Source of the DNA: Microcystis aeruginosa NIES-2549
Lineage (GTDB): Bacteria > Cyanobacteriota > Cyanobacteriia > Cyanobacteriales > Microcystaceae
Length of the DNA stretch: 32,000 nucleotides
Assembly (NCBI RefSeq): GCF_000981785.2
Contig: NZ_CP011304.1
Coordinates: 1,500,001-1,532,000, forward strand
Reading direction: 5' to 3'
A program made the position numbers and the translations under genes. Below are positions 17,704-26,390 of the stretch, one piece after another. The notes below the pieces were generated by a model. The model did no database searches. It was not told the origin of the DNA and was given only the letters and a program-made list of their open reading frames with translations. Numbering within the stretch: the first letter of the stretch is position 1; each line of letters opens with the position of its first letter.

Positions 17704-17826
17704 CCTTATGAGTAGGTAGGCGTTAAAAATTATCAGATATCCCCGTTATCAAGGGTAGGGTTGATTCATGAATCAACCCTACCTTATCAAGGGGGGATCA
17801 AGGGGGGATTAAAGGCAAAATCCATG
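17704..17826 (-). mobile_element. MITE-like element (same arms as 6737-6993) with a 30-nt perfect palindrome core, 12 nt downstream of tRNA-Ser
   Basis: The reverse complement reads ATGGATTTTGCCTTTAATCCCCCCTTGATCCCCCCTTGATAAGG-[palindrome]-CCCTTGATAACGGGGATATCTGATAATTTTTAACGCCTACCTACTCATAAGG. The palindrome GGTAGGGTTGATTCATGAATCAACCCTACC is at 17744-17773. Confidence 0.75.
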
Positions 17827-17993
17827 TTTAATTTAATTATAACCAGCTACTTAGGTAGTCTTGCAAAAGTAATTTCCCGGTTGAGACAGGAGATTACTTT
17901 TAGTGATTATCTTCTCCCCTGCTCCCCACTTCATAATTGATAATTGATAATTCATAATTCCCAGTCTCCTATACTTTTTAAACAGGATTTAGT

Positions 17994-20900
17994 CTAATTC
18001 CTCGTCGGTAAACCATCTTTACACTTAGCTAACCACTCCAATAAACTATCTAACTGCTGTGGTGGTTTTACCGTTCCTAAACCCCTAACCGTCACCTGTT
18101 TGGGACTATAAACAAAGCGTGATTGTATATGTTGGGGTAGGTGTTCTTGTAATAATTTCCACGCTGGTTCCTCCATAGGAGTTTCTAGGATAATATGCTG
18201 TTTTCCATCGGGTTTAATTCGCGAAAAACCGAGGGATTTAGCCAGATGTTTTAACTCGATTACCTTAAATAATTGTGCCACCGGTGCAGGAATTGCACCG
18301 TATCTATCCACTAAATCCGCGGCAATTTGTCCTAAAGCTTTCTGAGAATTGGCAGTAGCGATCGACCGATAGACATCCATTTTCTGCTCCAGATCGGATA
18401 TATAATCGTTAGGAATAAATGCCGTCAATTTCAGATCGATTTGGGTATCCTCCACTTGGGGAATTTCTTGACCTTGAATTTCCCGCAAAGCTTCCTGTAA
18501 CATTTCCATATATAGATCAAAACCAATCGCTTCCATTTGTCCCGATTGTTCCGCACCTAATAAGTTACCCGCACCGCGAATTTCCAGATCCCTAGTCGCT
18601 AATTGATACCCCGATCCTAACTGGGTAAATTCTTGAATTGCCTTTAATCTTTCCCGAGCGGTTTCTGTTAGTTCTGCCTTGGCTGGATAAAGTAACCAAG
18701 CGTGCGCTTGTACTCCCGATCGCCCCACCCGTCCCCGCAGTTGATAGAGTTGCGCTAAACCGAATTTTTGGGCATCTTCAATGATAATTGTGTTAACTCT
18801 GGGAATATCTAACCCCGACTCCACAATAGTCGTACAGACTAAGATATCCGCTTCCCCATTATTAAAAGCTAACATGGTGGTCTCTAATTCGGACTCATCC
18901 ATACGACCATGGCCGATGGCAATTCTAGCACCAGGAATCATCCCTTGAATTGCTGCCGCTTTTTCTTCAATTCCCTCGATTCTTGGTACTACATAAAAAA
19001 CCTGTCCCCCCCGATCCAATTCATTGCGAATTGCCGTTCTAATCACATCAGAATTATAACTAGAAAGGTGGGTTTGGATGGGACGACGAGAGGGAGGGGG
19101 TGTGGTAATTAAACTCATTTCTCGCACCCCAGAAAGGGACATATAAAGAGTCCGGGGAATCGGTGTCGCACTCAAGGTTAACACATCAATATTACTTTTA
19201 AAAGCCTTAATTTTTTCCTTTTGATTGACCCCAAAACGCTGTTCTTCATCAATTACCAATAATCCTAAATCTTTAAACTCCACCGCTTTACTCAATAACA
19301 ACTGAGTACCCACTACTATATCCAATTCCCCCGTTTTCAAGCGCTGGACGATATCTTTTTTCTCGGAATTGGTGCGAAAACGATTTAATAAACCCACGTT
19401 GATGGGATAGGGGGCAAAACGTTCTTTTAGGGTGTGATAATGTTGTTGGGTTAAAATCGTTGTTGGTGCTAATAAAGCCACCTGTTTATGACCCGTGGTG
19501 ACAGCTTTAAAAATAGCACGAATGGCCACTTCTGTCTTACCAAAACCCACATCCCCACAGACTAAGCGATCCATCGGGCGATCGCTTTCTAAATCCCGTT
19601 TCACATCCTGTATCGCTTTCAGTTGATCAGCAGTGGGTTGGTAGGGAAAAGAATCCTCTAACTCCCGCTGCCAGGGATTATCCATCGGATAGGCAAAACC
19701 CGATTTTTTGGTGCGTTGGGCGTAAATATTGATTAAATCAACCGCTAACTTCTTAATCGACTTCCTGACGCGAGCTTTCGTCGCTTCCCACGCTTTGCCA
19801 GAGATTTTATGTAATTCTGGCTCTTGATTACCTGTATGACGATAACGGGAGAGATTATCAACAGAATCGGCAGGAACCCGCAATAATCCATCGGCATATT
19901 TAATAACTAGATAATCTCGACCTTGCACTATTCCGCTAATTGTGCTTTCCTGCTTTTCTAGTTTGATAAACTGTCCGATGCCATGGTGTTTATGTACTAC
20001 AAAGTCGAGGGGACGGAGTTTGTTCACGTCCACCTGTACCGAGGCTGCTTGCCGACGTTTGCGGACGTAACCAGCAGTATTTAGAAGATGTTGTCCGAAG
20101 AACTCTCGATCAGTAACGACGACTATGCGATAGGTGGGTAGGATAAAACCTTCTAATTCAGCTAATCCTGAGTATTTTAGGGCTGTAGCGGTGTTTTGAA
20201 TGATTAAGCGCTCGATCGCCCCAAAATCGAGGGGATTGGGGATAAATTGGGACGGACAGTCGTGTTCCTGTAATAACGAGACTGTGCGGGAGGGTTGGGC
20301 AGATATTAACCATGTAGCGTACTTATTTACTTTAATACCGCTATAAATCTCTCTTTTTCCCCGTAAAATTTCCGCTAGTTTGGCGAATTGTCCCGGACTG
20401 GTGGGAATCCGACGACTGGAGAGATTAAGGCTATTTTCGCAGAGGTGATCGTCTATTTCTGAGAGGTAGAGATGGGGAAATTTGACCGATATTTGCAGAG
20501 ATTCGCCAAAAGAACGGTGAATTTTCGGTAAAGCTGGTTCTATCTCTTGCCAGCGTTCCCCAATATATTCTATCCAGCGATCGCTTCTAGCTTGACAGCT
20601 TTCCAGTTCATCAAAGGCAATAAGAGTATTTTCGGGGAGATAATCCAATAAAGAGGCAGCTTGAGGGAAGGCCAAGCCTAAAAATCGCTCAATTCCCTCT
20701 GGATAAATGCCATTAGCTAATTTTTCTCGATCTTCGGCCCCCAGATAATCGGCCACTGTGGGGGGAAGAGAAGGGGCAATCATCGCCGCAAAGCTAGTGG
20801 GAGTAAGAAGCAGATTGGGGATAGAATCGAGGGATCTTTGGGTGGCAGGGTCAAATTCTCGCAATTTTTCCAATTCATCGCCGAAAAATTCTAACCTGAC

Positions 20901-21503
20901 TGGTAATTCTGCCGAAACTGGGAAAATATCAACGATATCGCCGCGACGACTCCATTGTCCTTCGGTTTCTACCAGTGAAACCCGTTCATATCCTAATCTA
21001 GCTAGGGTTAGATCGAGGTTTTTGGCTTCTATAACCCTTCCTACCGCAAAATTATCGCTATACTGCTCGAAAACCTCTCTAGGGGGTAAATGGGGCTGCA
21101 GGGCCTTTTCGGTGGTAATGATCGCCATTCCGACCTCTTGATGACCGATTAGTGCTTGTCCTGAGCTACGTCGAAGGGACGATAATACCTGCATCTGTCC
21201 CCAAATCATCTCGGATTCCCGATTAAATGTCTCGTAGGGGCAAGCTTCCGAGGTGGGATAAAAGAAAACACCTTTCCACGTCATCGCTTCTAATTGTGCC
21301 GCCCAACGTGCCGCTTCCTCCAGATTGGCACAAATAATTAAAAGATTTTTTCCTTGACAACGGGCGAAAGCTGTGCTTATTAATCCTTTCGGTAAGCGGG
21401 CAAGGCCCGTTAGGGTTAAATTGCCGTTTTTCTCCAGTTTTTGGATAAGTTCGGCAGTTAATGGCGATTTTTCAATGTTGCGAATAACGGAGGCAAAAGT
21501 CAT
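17994..21503 (-). CDS. mfd: Transcription-repair coupling factor
   Basis: 1169-aa ORF with superfamily 2 helicase motifs [11 protein letters not shown] and [11 protein letters not shown]. Length and domain order are typical of Mfd. Confidence 0.93.
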   Translation of the reverse strand: MTFASVIRNIEKSPLTAELIQKLEKNGNLTLTGLARLPKGLISTAFARCQGKNLLIICANLEEAARWAAQLEAMTWKGVFFYPTSEACPYETFNRESEMIWGQMQVLSSLRRSSGQALIGHQEVGMAIITTEKALQPHLPPREVFEQYSDNFAVGRVIEAKNLDLTLARLGYERVSLVETEGQWSRRGDIVDIFPVSAELPVRLEFFGDELEKLREFDPATQRSLDSIPNLLLTPTSFAAMIAPSLPPTVADYLGAEDREKLANGIYPEGIERFLGLAFPQAASLLDYLPENTLIAFDELESCQARSDRWIEYIGERWQEIEPALPKIHRSFGESLQISVKFPHLYLSEIDDHLCENSLNLSSRRIPTSPGQFAKLAEILRGKREIYSGIKVNKYATWLISAQPSRTVSLLQEHDCPSQFIPNPLDFGAIERLIIQNTATALKYSGLAELEGFILPTYRIVVVTDREFFGQHLLNTAGYVRKRRQAASVQVDVNKLRPLDFVVHKHHGIGQFIKLEKQESTISGIVQGRDYLVIKYADGLLRVPADSVDNLSRYRHTGNQEPELHKISGKAWEATKARVRKSIKKLAVDLINIYAQRTKKSGFAYPMDNPWQRELEDSFPYQPTADQLKAIQDVKRDLESDRPMDRLVCGDVGFGKTEVAIRAIFKAVTTGHKQVALLAPTTILTQQHYHTLKERFAPYPINVGLLNRFRTNSEKKDIVQRLKTGELDIVVGTQLLLSKAVEFKDLGLLVIDEEQRFGVNQKEKIKAFKSNIDVLTLSATPIPRTLYMSLSGVREMSLITTPPPSRRPIQTHLSSYNSDVIRTAIRNELDRGGQVFYVVPRIEGIEEKAAAIQGMIPGARIAIGHGRMDESELETTMLAFNNGEADILVCTTIVESGLDIPRVNTIIIEDAQKFGLAQLYQLRGRVGRSGVQAHAWLLYPAKAELTETARERLKAIQEFTQLGSGYQLATRDLEIRGAGNLLGAEQSGQMEAIGFDLYMEMLQEALREIQGQEIPQVEDTQIDLKLTAFIPNDYISDLEQKMDVYRSIATANSQKALGQIAADLVDRYGAIPAPVAQLFKVIELKHLAKSLGFSRIKPDGKQHIILETPMEEPAWKLLQEHLPQHIQSRFVYSPKQVTVRGLGTVKPPQQLDSLLEWLAKCKDGLPTRN

Positions 21504-21530
21504 TTTTTCGTGTTCGGCACTCGGTTTTTA

Positions 21531-21630
21531 GTTAAGCTCTACTGAATTTAAACTGCCTCTTGGGAGTTTTAGTACAAATGCTCAGGCTTTCTCTCCCAAC
21601 TCCAGCACTCCGGTGCAGTCTTAACGAGTA
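21531..21630 (-). mobile_element. MITE-like ~100-bp repeat (copy 2, inverted relative to 14418-14515)
   Basis: Reverse complement aligns with 14418-14515. Flanked at 21631-21648 by TATCAGTTATCAGTT heptamers. Confidence 0.75.
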
Positions 21631-21649
21631 TCAGTTATCAGTTCACCGA

Positions 21650-21762
21650 CTACTTTTTGGGGTTAATTTTTTGGGGCTTTATTTGACTTGACCAGAGGGG
21701 GGTCGCAGGCGCACGGATTTTCCATTATTTATATAATATCATGTCAAGCGTTGCTTGGCAAG
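21650..21762 (-). repeat. Copy B (diverged) of the six-copy module, pointing toward mfd
   Basis: Minus strand reads CTTGCCAAGCAACGCTTGACATGATATTATATAAATAATGGAAAATCCGTGCGCCTGCGACCCCCC...CAAATAAAGCCCCAAAAAATTAACCCCAAAAAGTAG. Confidence 0.75.
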
Positions 21763-21836
21763 AAAAAATTTTTTAATTGCCAGCAAAAGATCGATGGCAG
21801 CAAAACCAGTGCATCTATACCACAATATTTTCAGAA

Positions 21837-21881
21837 TGATAACGATTCTCACCGACTGTGATAGGATGAGAATCATAATCA
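21837..21881 (+). promoter_or_regulatory. Two candidate Zur (Fur-family 7-1-7) boxes upstream of znuA
   Basis: TGATAACGATTCTCA (21837-21851) and TGAGAATCATAATCA (21867-21881) each match TGATAAT-N-ATTATCA at 12 of 14 specified positions. The second ends 15 nt upstream of the ATG. Confidence 0.55.
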
Positions 21882-21896
21882 GACTCAGTTAATCCG

Positions 21897-22832
21897 ATGG
21901 GTAAAAAATTCCAGTTAACAGCGATCGCTTTAACCCTGACTATAGCCAGCTTAACAGCTTGTAGCGATTCCTCGGTCAAGGAAGAGGAAGCAAAGACACC
22001 CTTACAGGTGACAGTGAGCATCGTACCGCAGGAATATTTCGTCAAACGCATCGGCGGTGATAGAGTCAGTGTTAATGCCATGATTCAACCCGGCACAGAT
22101 CCCCACACCTATGAACCAAAACCCGAACAATTAAAAACCACAGCCCAATCGCAAGCCTACTTTAAAATCGGTGTATCCTTAGAAGATGCCTGGAAAGATC
22201 GCTTAAACAGTGTTAACCAACAGATGTTAATCGTCGATACCAGTCAAGGAGTAGATAAAATCCCTTTGACAGCAGAACATGATCACGATCATGATCACGA
22301 TCATGATCACAGCAAGGAAGAAAAACATCAAGCTGGAAAAAACACCCTAGATCCCCATATTTGGTTATCACCAAAACGAGTCAAAGCACAAGCAAAGACT
22401 ATTTATCAAACCCTAGCACAACTCGATCCCGATCAGGAAGCTATCTATCGGGCCAACTTGGAAAAATTCAGTCAGGAATTAGACGCATTAGATCAAGAAA
22501 TTCGGCAAAACTTGGCAGGGGTCAAAAACAAAAAATTTATGGTCTTTCATCCCGAATGGGGCTATTTTGCCCAAGATTACGGTTTAGAGATGATCGCGAT
22601 CGAAATCGACGGTAATGAACCCAGTGCTGCCCAGTTAAGTCAACTAATCAAACAGGCCAAAAAAGAGAATATTAAAGTTATTTTTACTCAACCAGAATTT
22701 AGTCAGAAAAGTGCCGAAACTATTGCTAGGGAAATTGGGGGACAGGTAATCCCTATCAGTGCCTTTGCTGAAAATTGGAGTGAAAACCTGCGACAAGTTT
22801 CCCAAAAAATGGCCACAGTTTTAAATCAGTAA
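21897..22832 (+). CDS. znuA: Periplasmic zinc-binding lipoprotein of an ABC importer (cluster A-I SBP)
   Basis: 311 aa. Lipobox LTACS, a His/Asp-rich loop EHDHDHDHDHDHS typical of Zn-specific ZnuA, and the conserved DPHIWLSP motif. Confidence 0.88.
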   Translation: MGKKFQLTAIALTLTIASLTACSDSSVKEEEAKTPLQVTVSIVPQEYFVKRIGGDRVSVNAMIQPGTDPHTYEPKPEQLKTTAQSQAYFKIGVSLEDAWKDRLNSVNQQMLIVDTSQGVDKIPLTAEHDHDHDHDHDHSKEEKHQAGKNTLDPHIWLSPKRVKAQAKTIYQTLAQLDPDQEAIYRANLEKFSQELDALDQEIRQNLAGVKNKKFMVFHPEWGYFAQDYGLEMIAIEIDGNEPSAAQLSQLIKQAKKENIKVIFTQPEFSQKSAETIAREIGGQVIPISAFAENWSENLRQVSQKMATVLNQ

Positions 22833-22945
22833 TTGCTTGTATATGTAGCTAGACACAATTAATTGCACATATCTAACTACCTCTTGCCTATTGCCTATTG
22901 CCTTTTGCCTATCCTAACCAAGAAGTTAATTTTGCTCTATTGTAT

Positions 22946-23641
22946 ATGTCAACGATCATTACCATTAATAATCTCTGGGCCGGCTACGAACAGGAACCGA
23001 TCCTCGAAGATATTAATTTAACCATTGAAGAATTAGATTTCCTGGGAATTATCGGCCCGAATGGAGGAGGAAAAACTACCCTCCTTAAGGTTTTACTGGG
23101 ATTAATTAAACCTTGGCGGGGAGAAGTCAGTATTTTGGGGCAAAGTGTCGAAAAAGGTCGGGAATTAGTCGGTTATGTGCCGCAGTTTGTCGAATGCGAT
23201 CGCTCATTTCCCATCACTGTGGGTGAGGTGGTGAAAATGGGGAGATTGAGCAGCAAAAAACTCTGGCAAGGCTATAGTAAAAAAGATGAGTTAAGGGTAG
23301 ATAAAGCTTTAGATAGTGTGGGAATGTTAGCGTTGAAAAAAAGGTCGATTGCTGAACTTTCGGGAGGACAGCGCCAACGGGTTTATATCGCTCGCGCTTT
23401 AGCGGTAGAACCCCGTCTCTTGATTTTAGATGAACCCACTGCCAGTGTCGATCCCCAAATGCGTGCTAGTATTTTTTCCCTGTTGCAAGAATTGAATGAG
23501 TGGATGACTATTTTAATTATTTCCCATGATCTGGGAACCCTATCTACCTATGTTAAATCGATCGGTTGTCTCAATCGTCGTCTCTATTATCACGGCCAAA
23601 AATCTCTCACTACCGCTATGTTAGAGCAAGTGTATTGTTAA
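22946..23641 (+). CDS. znuC: Zinc ABC transporter ATP-binding protein (C-terminus possibly shortened)
   Basis: Start at ATG 22946 (MSTIITINNLW...). Walker A GPNGGGKTT, signature LSGGQRQRV, Walker B LILDEPT. It ends 16 residues after the CLNRRLYYHG region, immediately next to module copy C. Confidence 0.85.
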   Translation: MSTIITINNLWAGYEQEPILEDINLTIEELDFLGIIGPNGGGKTTLLKVLLGLIKPWRGEVSILGQSVEKGRELVGYVPQFVECDRSFPITVGEVVKMGRLSSKKLWQGYSKKDELRVDKALDSVGMLALKKRSIAELSGGQRQRVYIARALAVEPRLLILDEPTASVDPQMRASIFSLLQELNEWMTILIISHDLGTLSTYVKSIGCLNRRLYYHGQKSLTTAMLEQVYC

Positions 23642-23670
23642 AAGTTTTCTCCCTTTCTACTGTCAAAACC

Positions 23671-23800
23671 CTTGACAAATCCCCGCCCTTGACAGATACT
23701 TATATATAGAATGGGAATCCGTGCCTGCCTGCAAACCCTCTTTTTTTAGGTTAGATAAGCGTCAAGAAAATAAAAACCTAATACCTGACCAGCGCTAAAG
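23671..23800 (+). repeat. Copy C of the six-copy module
   Basis: CTTGACA at 23671 and 23688, GATACT at 23695-23700, TAGAAT at 23707-23712, GGGAATCCGTGCCTGCCTGCAAACCC from 23713, T7, and the tail AGGTTAGATAAGCGTCAAGAAAATAAAAACCTAATACCTGACCAGC. Confidence 0.9.
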
Positions 23801-23906
23801 ACTTATACGAACAAGACTATCTTGCTTGGTTAGAAGAAACGGCCAAACAACTGCGACAAAGACAGACAGATGTATTGGATTGGGGAACCAACAGAGACAA
23901 AAATTA
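23796..23906 (+). pseudogene. 5' remnant of a DUF29 gene (start codon deleted, internally deleted, truncated)
   Basis: Aligns with 27497-27640 of the intact DUF29 gene. It lacks the GGATAGGTTATGACAACTAAAGA segment (between two CTAAAGA repeats) and ~33 nt after GATTGGG. Similarity ends near 23906. Confidence 0.8.
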
Positions 23907-23944
23907 TTATTAGTTGTAAATTTCATTATGACTAGGCTCAATGT

Positions 23945-24012
23945 AATCGCTGTTATTTTGTTGATTAAACTTTAAAATTACCATTGCTGGAACGCCAAGG
24001 GCGATCGTTTAC
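23945..24012 (+). repeat. Island repeat R2, copy a
   Basis: TCGCTGTTATTTTGTTGATTAAACTTTAAAATTACCATTGCT...GGAACGCCAAGGGCGATCGTTT aligns with 25441-25515 and 26288-26362. Confidence 0.85.
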
Positions 24013-24060
24013 AATAGGGGGCAAACTTTTAGAAAGCAACCTTTATTACTATTCTTACTC

Positions 24061-24318
24061 ATGCCCACTCTATCAAGCTTCTATGGAATAAAAATCACCA
24101 TGAACTATAACGATCACAATCCGCCTCATATCCATGCCGAGTATCAAGATTATGAAGCGGTTATAATGATTCACACAGGTGAAGTTTGTGGTCAAATGCC
24201 CAAAAGAGGACTAAATTTAATATGGGAGTGGCTTGATCTACACCAATCTGAACTATTGGAGAACTGGGAAAATGCGCGTCAAAGAAAACCTCTTAACAGA
24301 ATCGATCCCCTTCCCTAA
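24061..24318 (+). CDS. DUF4160-family protein (first gene of a TA-like pair)
   Basis: 85 aa. FYGIKITMNYNDHNPPHIHAEY and C-terminal LLENWENARQRKPLNRIDPL are typical of DUF4160 (recall). Confidence 0.8.
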   Translation: MPTLSSFYGIKITMNYNDHNPPHIHAEYQDYEAVIMIHTGEVCGQMPKRGLNLIWEWLDLHQSELLENWENARQRKPLNRIDPLP

Positions 24319-24586
24319 AAAGGAGCTATTTCTTCATGTTATCTGTGTGGAATATCTGGATAAGTATCAATTAAAGCTAACCTTTAATAATGGAATAGAA
24401 GGGATTGTAGATTTAGAACAAGAATTGTATGGAGAAATCTTTGAACCCTTAAAAGATCAAAGTTTATTTCAAAAAGTATATGTAAATAGTCGGACAATAG
24501 AATGGCCAAACGGAGCAGACTTTGCCCCTGAATTTTTATTTGAAATTGCCCTCGACAAGCAACCAGTGCGATCGCCGATTTTGTAG
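24272..24586 (+). CDS. DUF2442-family protein (second gene of the pair); start uncertain
   Basis: The core VICVEYLDKYQLKLTFNNGIEGIVDLEQ...IFEPLKD...VNSRTIEWPNGADFAPEFL matches the DUF2442 pattern. The first in-frame ATG consistent with this is 24272, overlapping the upstream gene by 47 nt. Confidence 0.7.
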   Translation: MRVKENLLTESIPFPKKELFLHVICVEYLDKYQLKLTFNNGIEGIVDLEQELYGEIFEPLKDQSLFQKVYVNSRTIEWPNGADFAPEFLFEIALDKQPVRSPIL

Positions 24587-24758
24587 GTTGGGTTGACGAA
24601 AGGAAACCCAACATTTCTACACAGAAAATATCCCCTTTCCAAAACGAATTAACACCATTATCTTTTAATTTGTTGGGTTGCGTTCCTTAACCCAACCCAC
24701 CGAATTTTTGAAAAATTTTAGTTGATCTTGTCGGTTGATACGACGAAACCCAACCTAC
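24583..24758. repeat. Cluster of three REP hairpins (GTTGGGTT...AACCCAAC) with GTAG/CTAC flanks
   Basis: GTAGGTTGGGTTGACGAAAGGAAACCCAAC (24583-24612), GTTGGGTTGCGTTCCTTAACCCAAC (24672-24696) and a degenerate CGGTTGATACGACGAAACCCAACCTAC (24732-24758). All lie directly 3' of the RAYT gene. Confidence 0.85.
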
Positions 24759-24761
24759 ATT

Positions 24762-25328
24762 TTATTCCATACCAATATCACTATCAAAGATCAGCCTTTC
24801 TGAAGCCCCCCACATCTGATCATAAATTCCTTCTTCAACATAACGATGAAAACTGGAGTGTTGCCAATCTTTCGGAGCATTTACTAATCCATGATGCACG
24901 GGATTGTAATGGATGTATTCGAGATGATTAACAAAATCTCGATCGCCGTAGGCGCGCCCTTGGCGACCATCTCGAACTTGATGCTCCCAAAAGCGACGTT
25001 GCCAAATAGCCTTTTCTCCTTTATGTTGTCGAGATGTTGAAATTTTACCCTGATATTGAGAATGACATTGACGGCTAAAATAACTTTTAATTAATCGCCA
25101 ACGAGTTGAAAAATCTGCATCTGTTTCAGGCAATGTCCAAAGAGCATGAATGTGATCTGGTAAAATGACAATAGCATCAATCTTAAAATGATGTTGTCGC
25201 ATAACATATTTAAAAGCATTTCGTAGTAAATCCACATTTTCAGGTTAACACAAAATTTTGTGACGATTGTATGTCACAACTGTAAAAAAATAAGTAGCTC
25301 CAGGTGTTTTTGCTCTACGGTATTGCAT
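24762..25328 (-). pseudogene. REP-associated tyrosine transposase (RAYT, IS200/IS605 Y1 family) with in-frame TAA at codon 28
   Basis: From ATG 25328: MQYRRAKTPGATYFFTVVTYNRHKILC, then stop at 25245-25247, then PENVDLLRNAFKYV...AIVILPDHIHALWTLPE (HUH) ...YIHYNPVHHGLV (catalytic Tyr region). The track ORF 24762-25235 is the part downstream of the stop. Confidence 0.8.
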
Positions 25329-25370
25329 CAAGTTAGAATAACATTTATTGGATTGGTGTTTACGCAACTG

Positions 25371-25402
25371 GCGTTGGGTTTCGTGCCTCAACCCAACCTA
25401 CC
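25371..25402. repeat. REP hairpin on the 5' side of the RAYT gene
   Basis: GCGTTGGGTTTCGTGCCTCAACCCAACCTACC. Confidence 0.85.
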
Positions 25403-25440
25403 AAACTTTAAGACCGCAATTCCTTTGGCTTTTGAAAGTG

Positions 25441-25570
25441 CGATCGCTGTCATCTTGTTGATTAAACGTTAAAATTACCATTGCTTGGGATAGGAACGCA
25501 AAGGGCGATCGTTTTTTGATGATGGGGAGGGGCGATTGCTTTTTGGGGAGGAGAAAGTGCGATCGCCTGC
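25441..25570 (+). repeat. Island repeat R2, copy b
   Basis: Core 25441-25515 aligns with R2a and R2c. The tail TTTGATGATGGGGAGGGGCGAT... is shared with R2c. Confidence 0.85.
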
Positions 25571-25577
25571 CCTGAGA

Positions 25578-26012
25578 TTAATCTCTCAACAAAGCTCGAA
25601 AACCAGCTTGCTGAAAATGAATATCCGTTGTTAATGCTTCCGTTATTCTACGCTCTTCCATTACAATAAAAGAAATACAGTCAACAATTCCCCAATTTTT
25701 ATCGTTTCTTTGACAATATAGTTGAAAAGCTTTTTGATAAAGAATTTCCGATAAGGGAATAACTGTCACTGTTCTGTCCTTTTCTAATGAGGACAATAAT
25801 TTAATTGACTTAGAGCGATATTTTTGTTTAGATAAAGCATTGCCAATCTCTAAAATAATGGCTCTGGTTGTAACTAAAGGTGTTTTTGAAGTTTTTAATT
25901 GTTGGGCAATGGCAAGTGCTTTATGATGATAATCGTCCGTAGATGAAGATAAAGCGATCGCATAACTTGTATCGAGAAATTTCTCAGGGTTCATGCTCTT
26001 TTTCTTCGCCAT
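25578..26012 (-). CDS. vapC: PIN-domain (VapC-like) ribonuclease toxin
   Basis: Conserved acidic residues in PIN spacing (FLDTS, ILEIGN, IVDCIS, TTD). Overlaps the upstream antitoxin-like gene. An alternative start at 25994 (MNPEKF) is equally plausible. Confidence 0.8.
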   Translation of the reverse strand: MAKKKSMNPEKFLDTSYAIALSSSTDDYHHKALAIAQQLKTSKTPLVTTRAIILEIGNALSKQKYRSKSIKLLSSLEKDRTVTVIPLSEILYQKAFQLYCQRNDKNWGIVDCISFIVMEERRITEALTTDIHFQQAGFRALLRD

Positions 26013-26217
26013 ATAAATATTTATCTAGATTTTCTGACCAATCTGAGGGGCCGTCTAGTTGTAATGATTCTGCTGTCTCTAAAAAAGAAGTGAGTTCATT
26101 ATTTTCATCCGATAAGTTATCAACAATAATGCGGACACGAGTATTAGCCTTCAATGTAACGGGTTGCTCTGGATGAAAGACCTTTCCGTCAAATAATGCG
26201 TCAATAGAATTAAGCAT
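25984..26217 (-). CDS. DUF104/AF2212-like antitoxin-family protein
   Basis: 77 aa. N-terminal ALFDGKVFHPEQPVTLKANTRVRIIV is the typical small beta-barrel antitoxin motif, with an acidic C-terminal tail. Directly upstream of and overlapping the PIN gene. Confidence 0.7.
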   Translation of the reverse strand: MLNSIDALFDGKVFHPEQPVTLKANTRVRIIVDNLSDENNELTSFLETAESLQLDGPSDWSENLDKYLYGEEKEHEP

Positions 26218-26287
26218 GATCTGTTGGTGAAATGATTTTTACTTGAAATATCTATATTATAAATGTAACACACCAAATTGATTGTTA

Positions 26288-26390
26288 TTCGCTGTCATCT
26301 TGTGGATTAAACTTTAAAACTGCCATTGCTTGGGATAGGAACGCAAAGGGCGATCGCTTTTTGATGAGGAGGAGGGGCGATCTTGTAGGT
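26288..26390 (+). repeat. Island repeat R2, copy c
   Basis: TTCGCTGTCATCTTGTGGATTAAACTTTAAAACTGCCATTGCTTGGGATAGGAACGCAAAGGGCGATCGCTTT, then TTGATGAGGAGGAGGGGCGATCTTGTAGGT (a REP-leader-like end). Confidence 0.85.

Noticed and set aside
22278-22310. (GATCAC/GATCAT)n repeat inside znuA
   Set aside because: It encodes the HDHDHDHDHDH metal-binding loop characteristic of Zn-specific ZnuA proteins. It is functional coding sequence rather than a non-coding repeat, though slippage could vary its length.
24384-24614. Track ORFs starting MLGFLSSTQPT (24384-24614, -) and MLGFVTSTQLT (26887-27126, -)
   Set aside because: Both begin inside REP hairpins (the AACCCAAC arm encodes the shared N-terminus) and run antisense through real genes (DUF2442, DUF2283). 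These are typical spurious repeat-born ORFs.
24722-25472. ORFs 24722-24931 (+) and 25260-25472 (+)
   Set aside because: They run antisense to the RAYT reading frame and through REP hairpins (…LGFVPQPNLP… is REP-encoded).
25943-26176. ORF 25943-26176 (+)
   Set aside because: It is antisense to the PIN/antitoxin pair, which has family-typical motifs and operon geometry.
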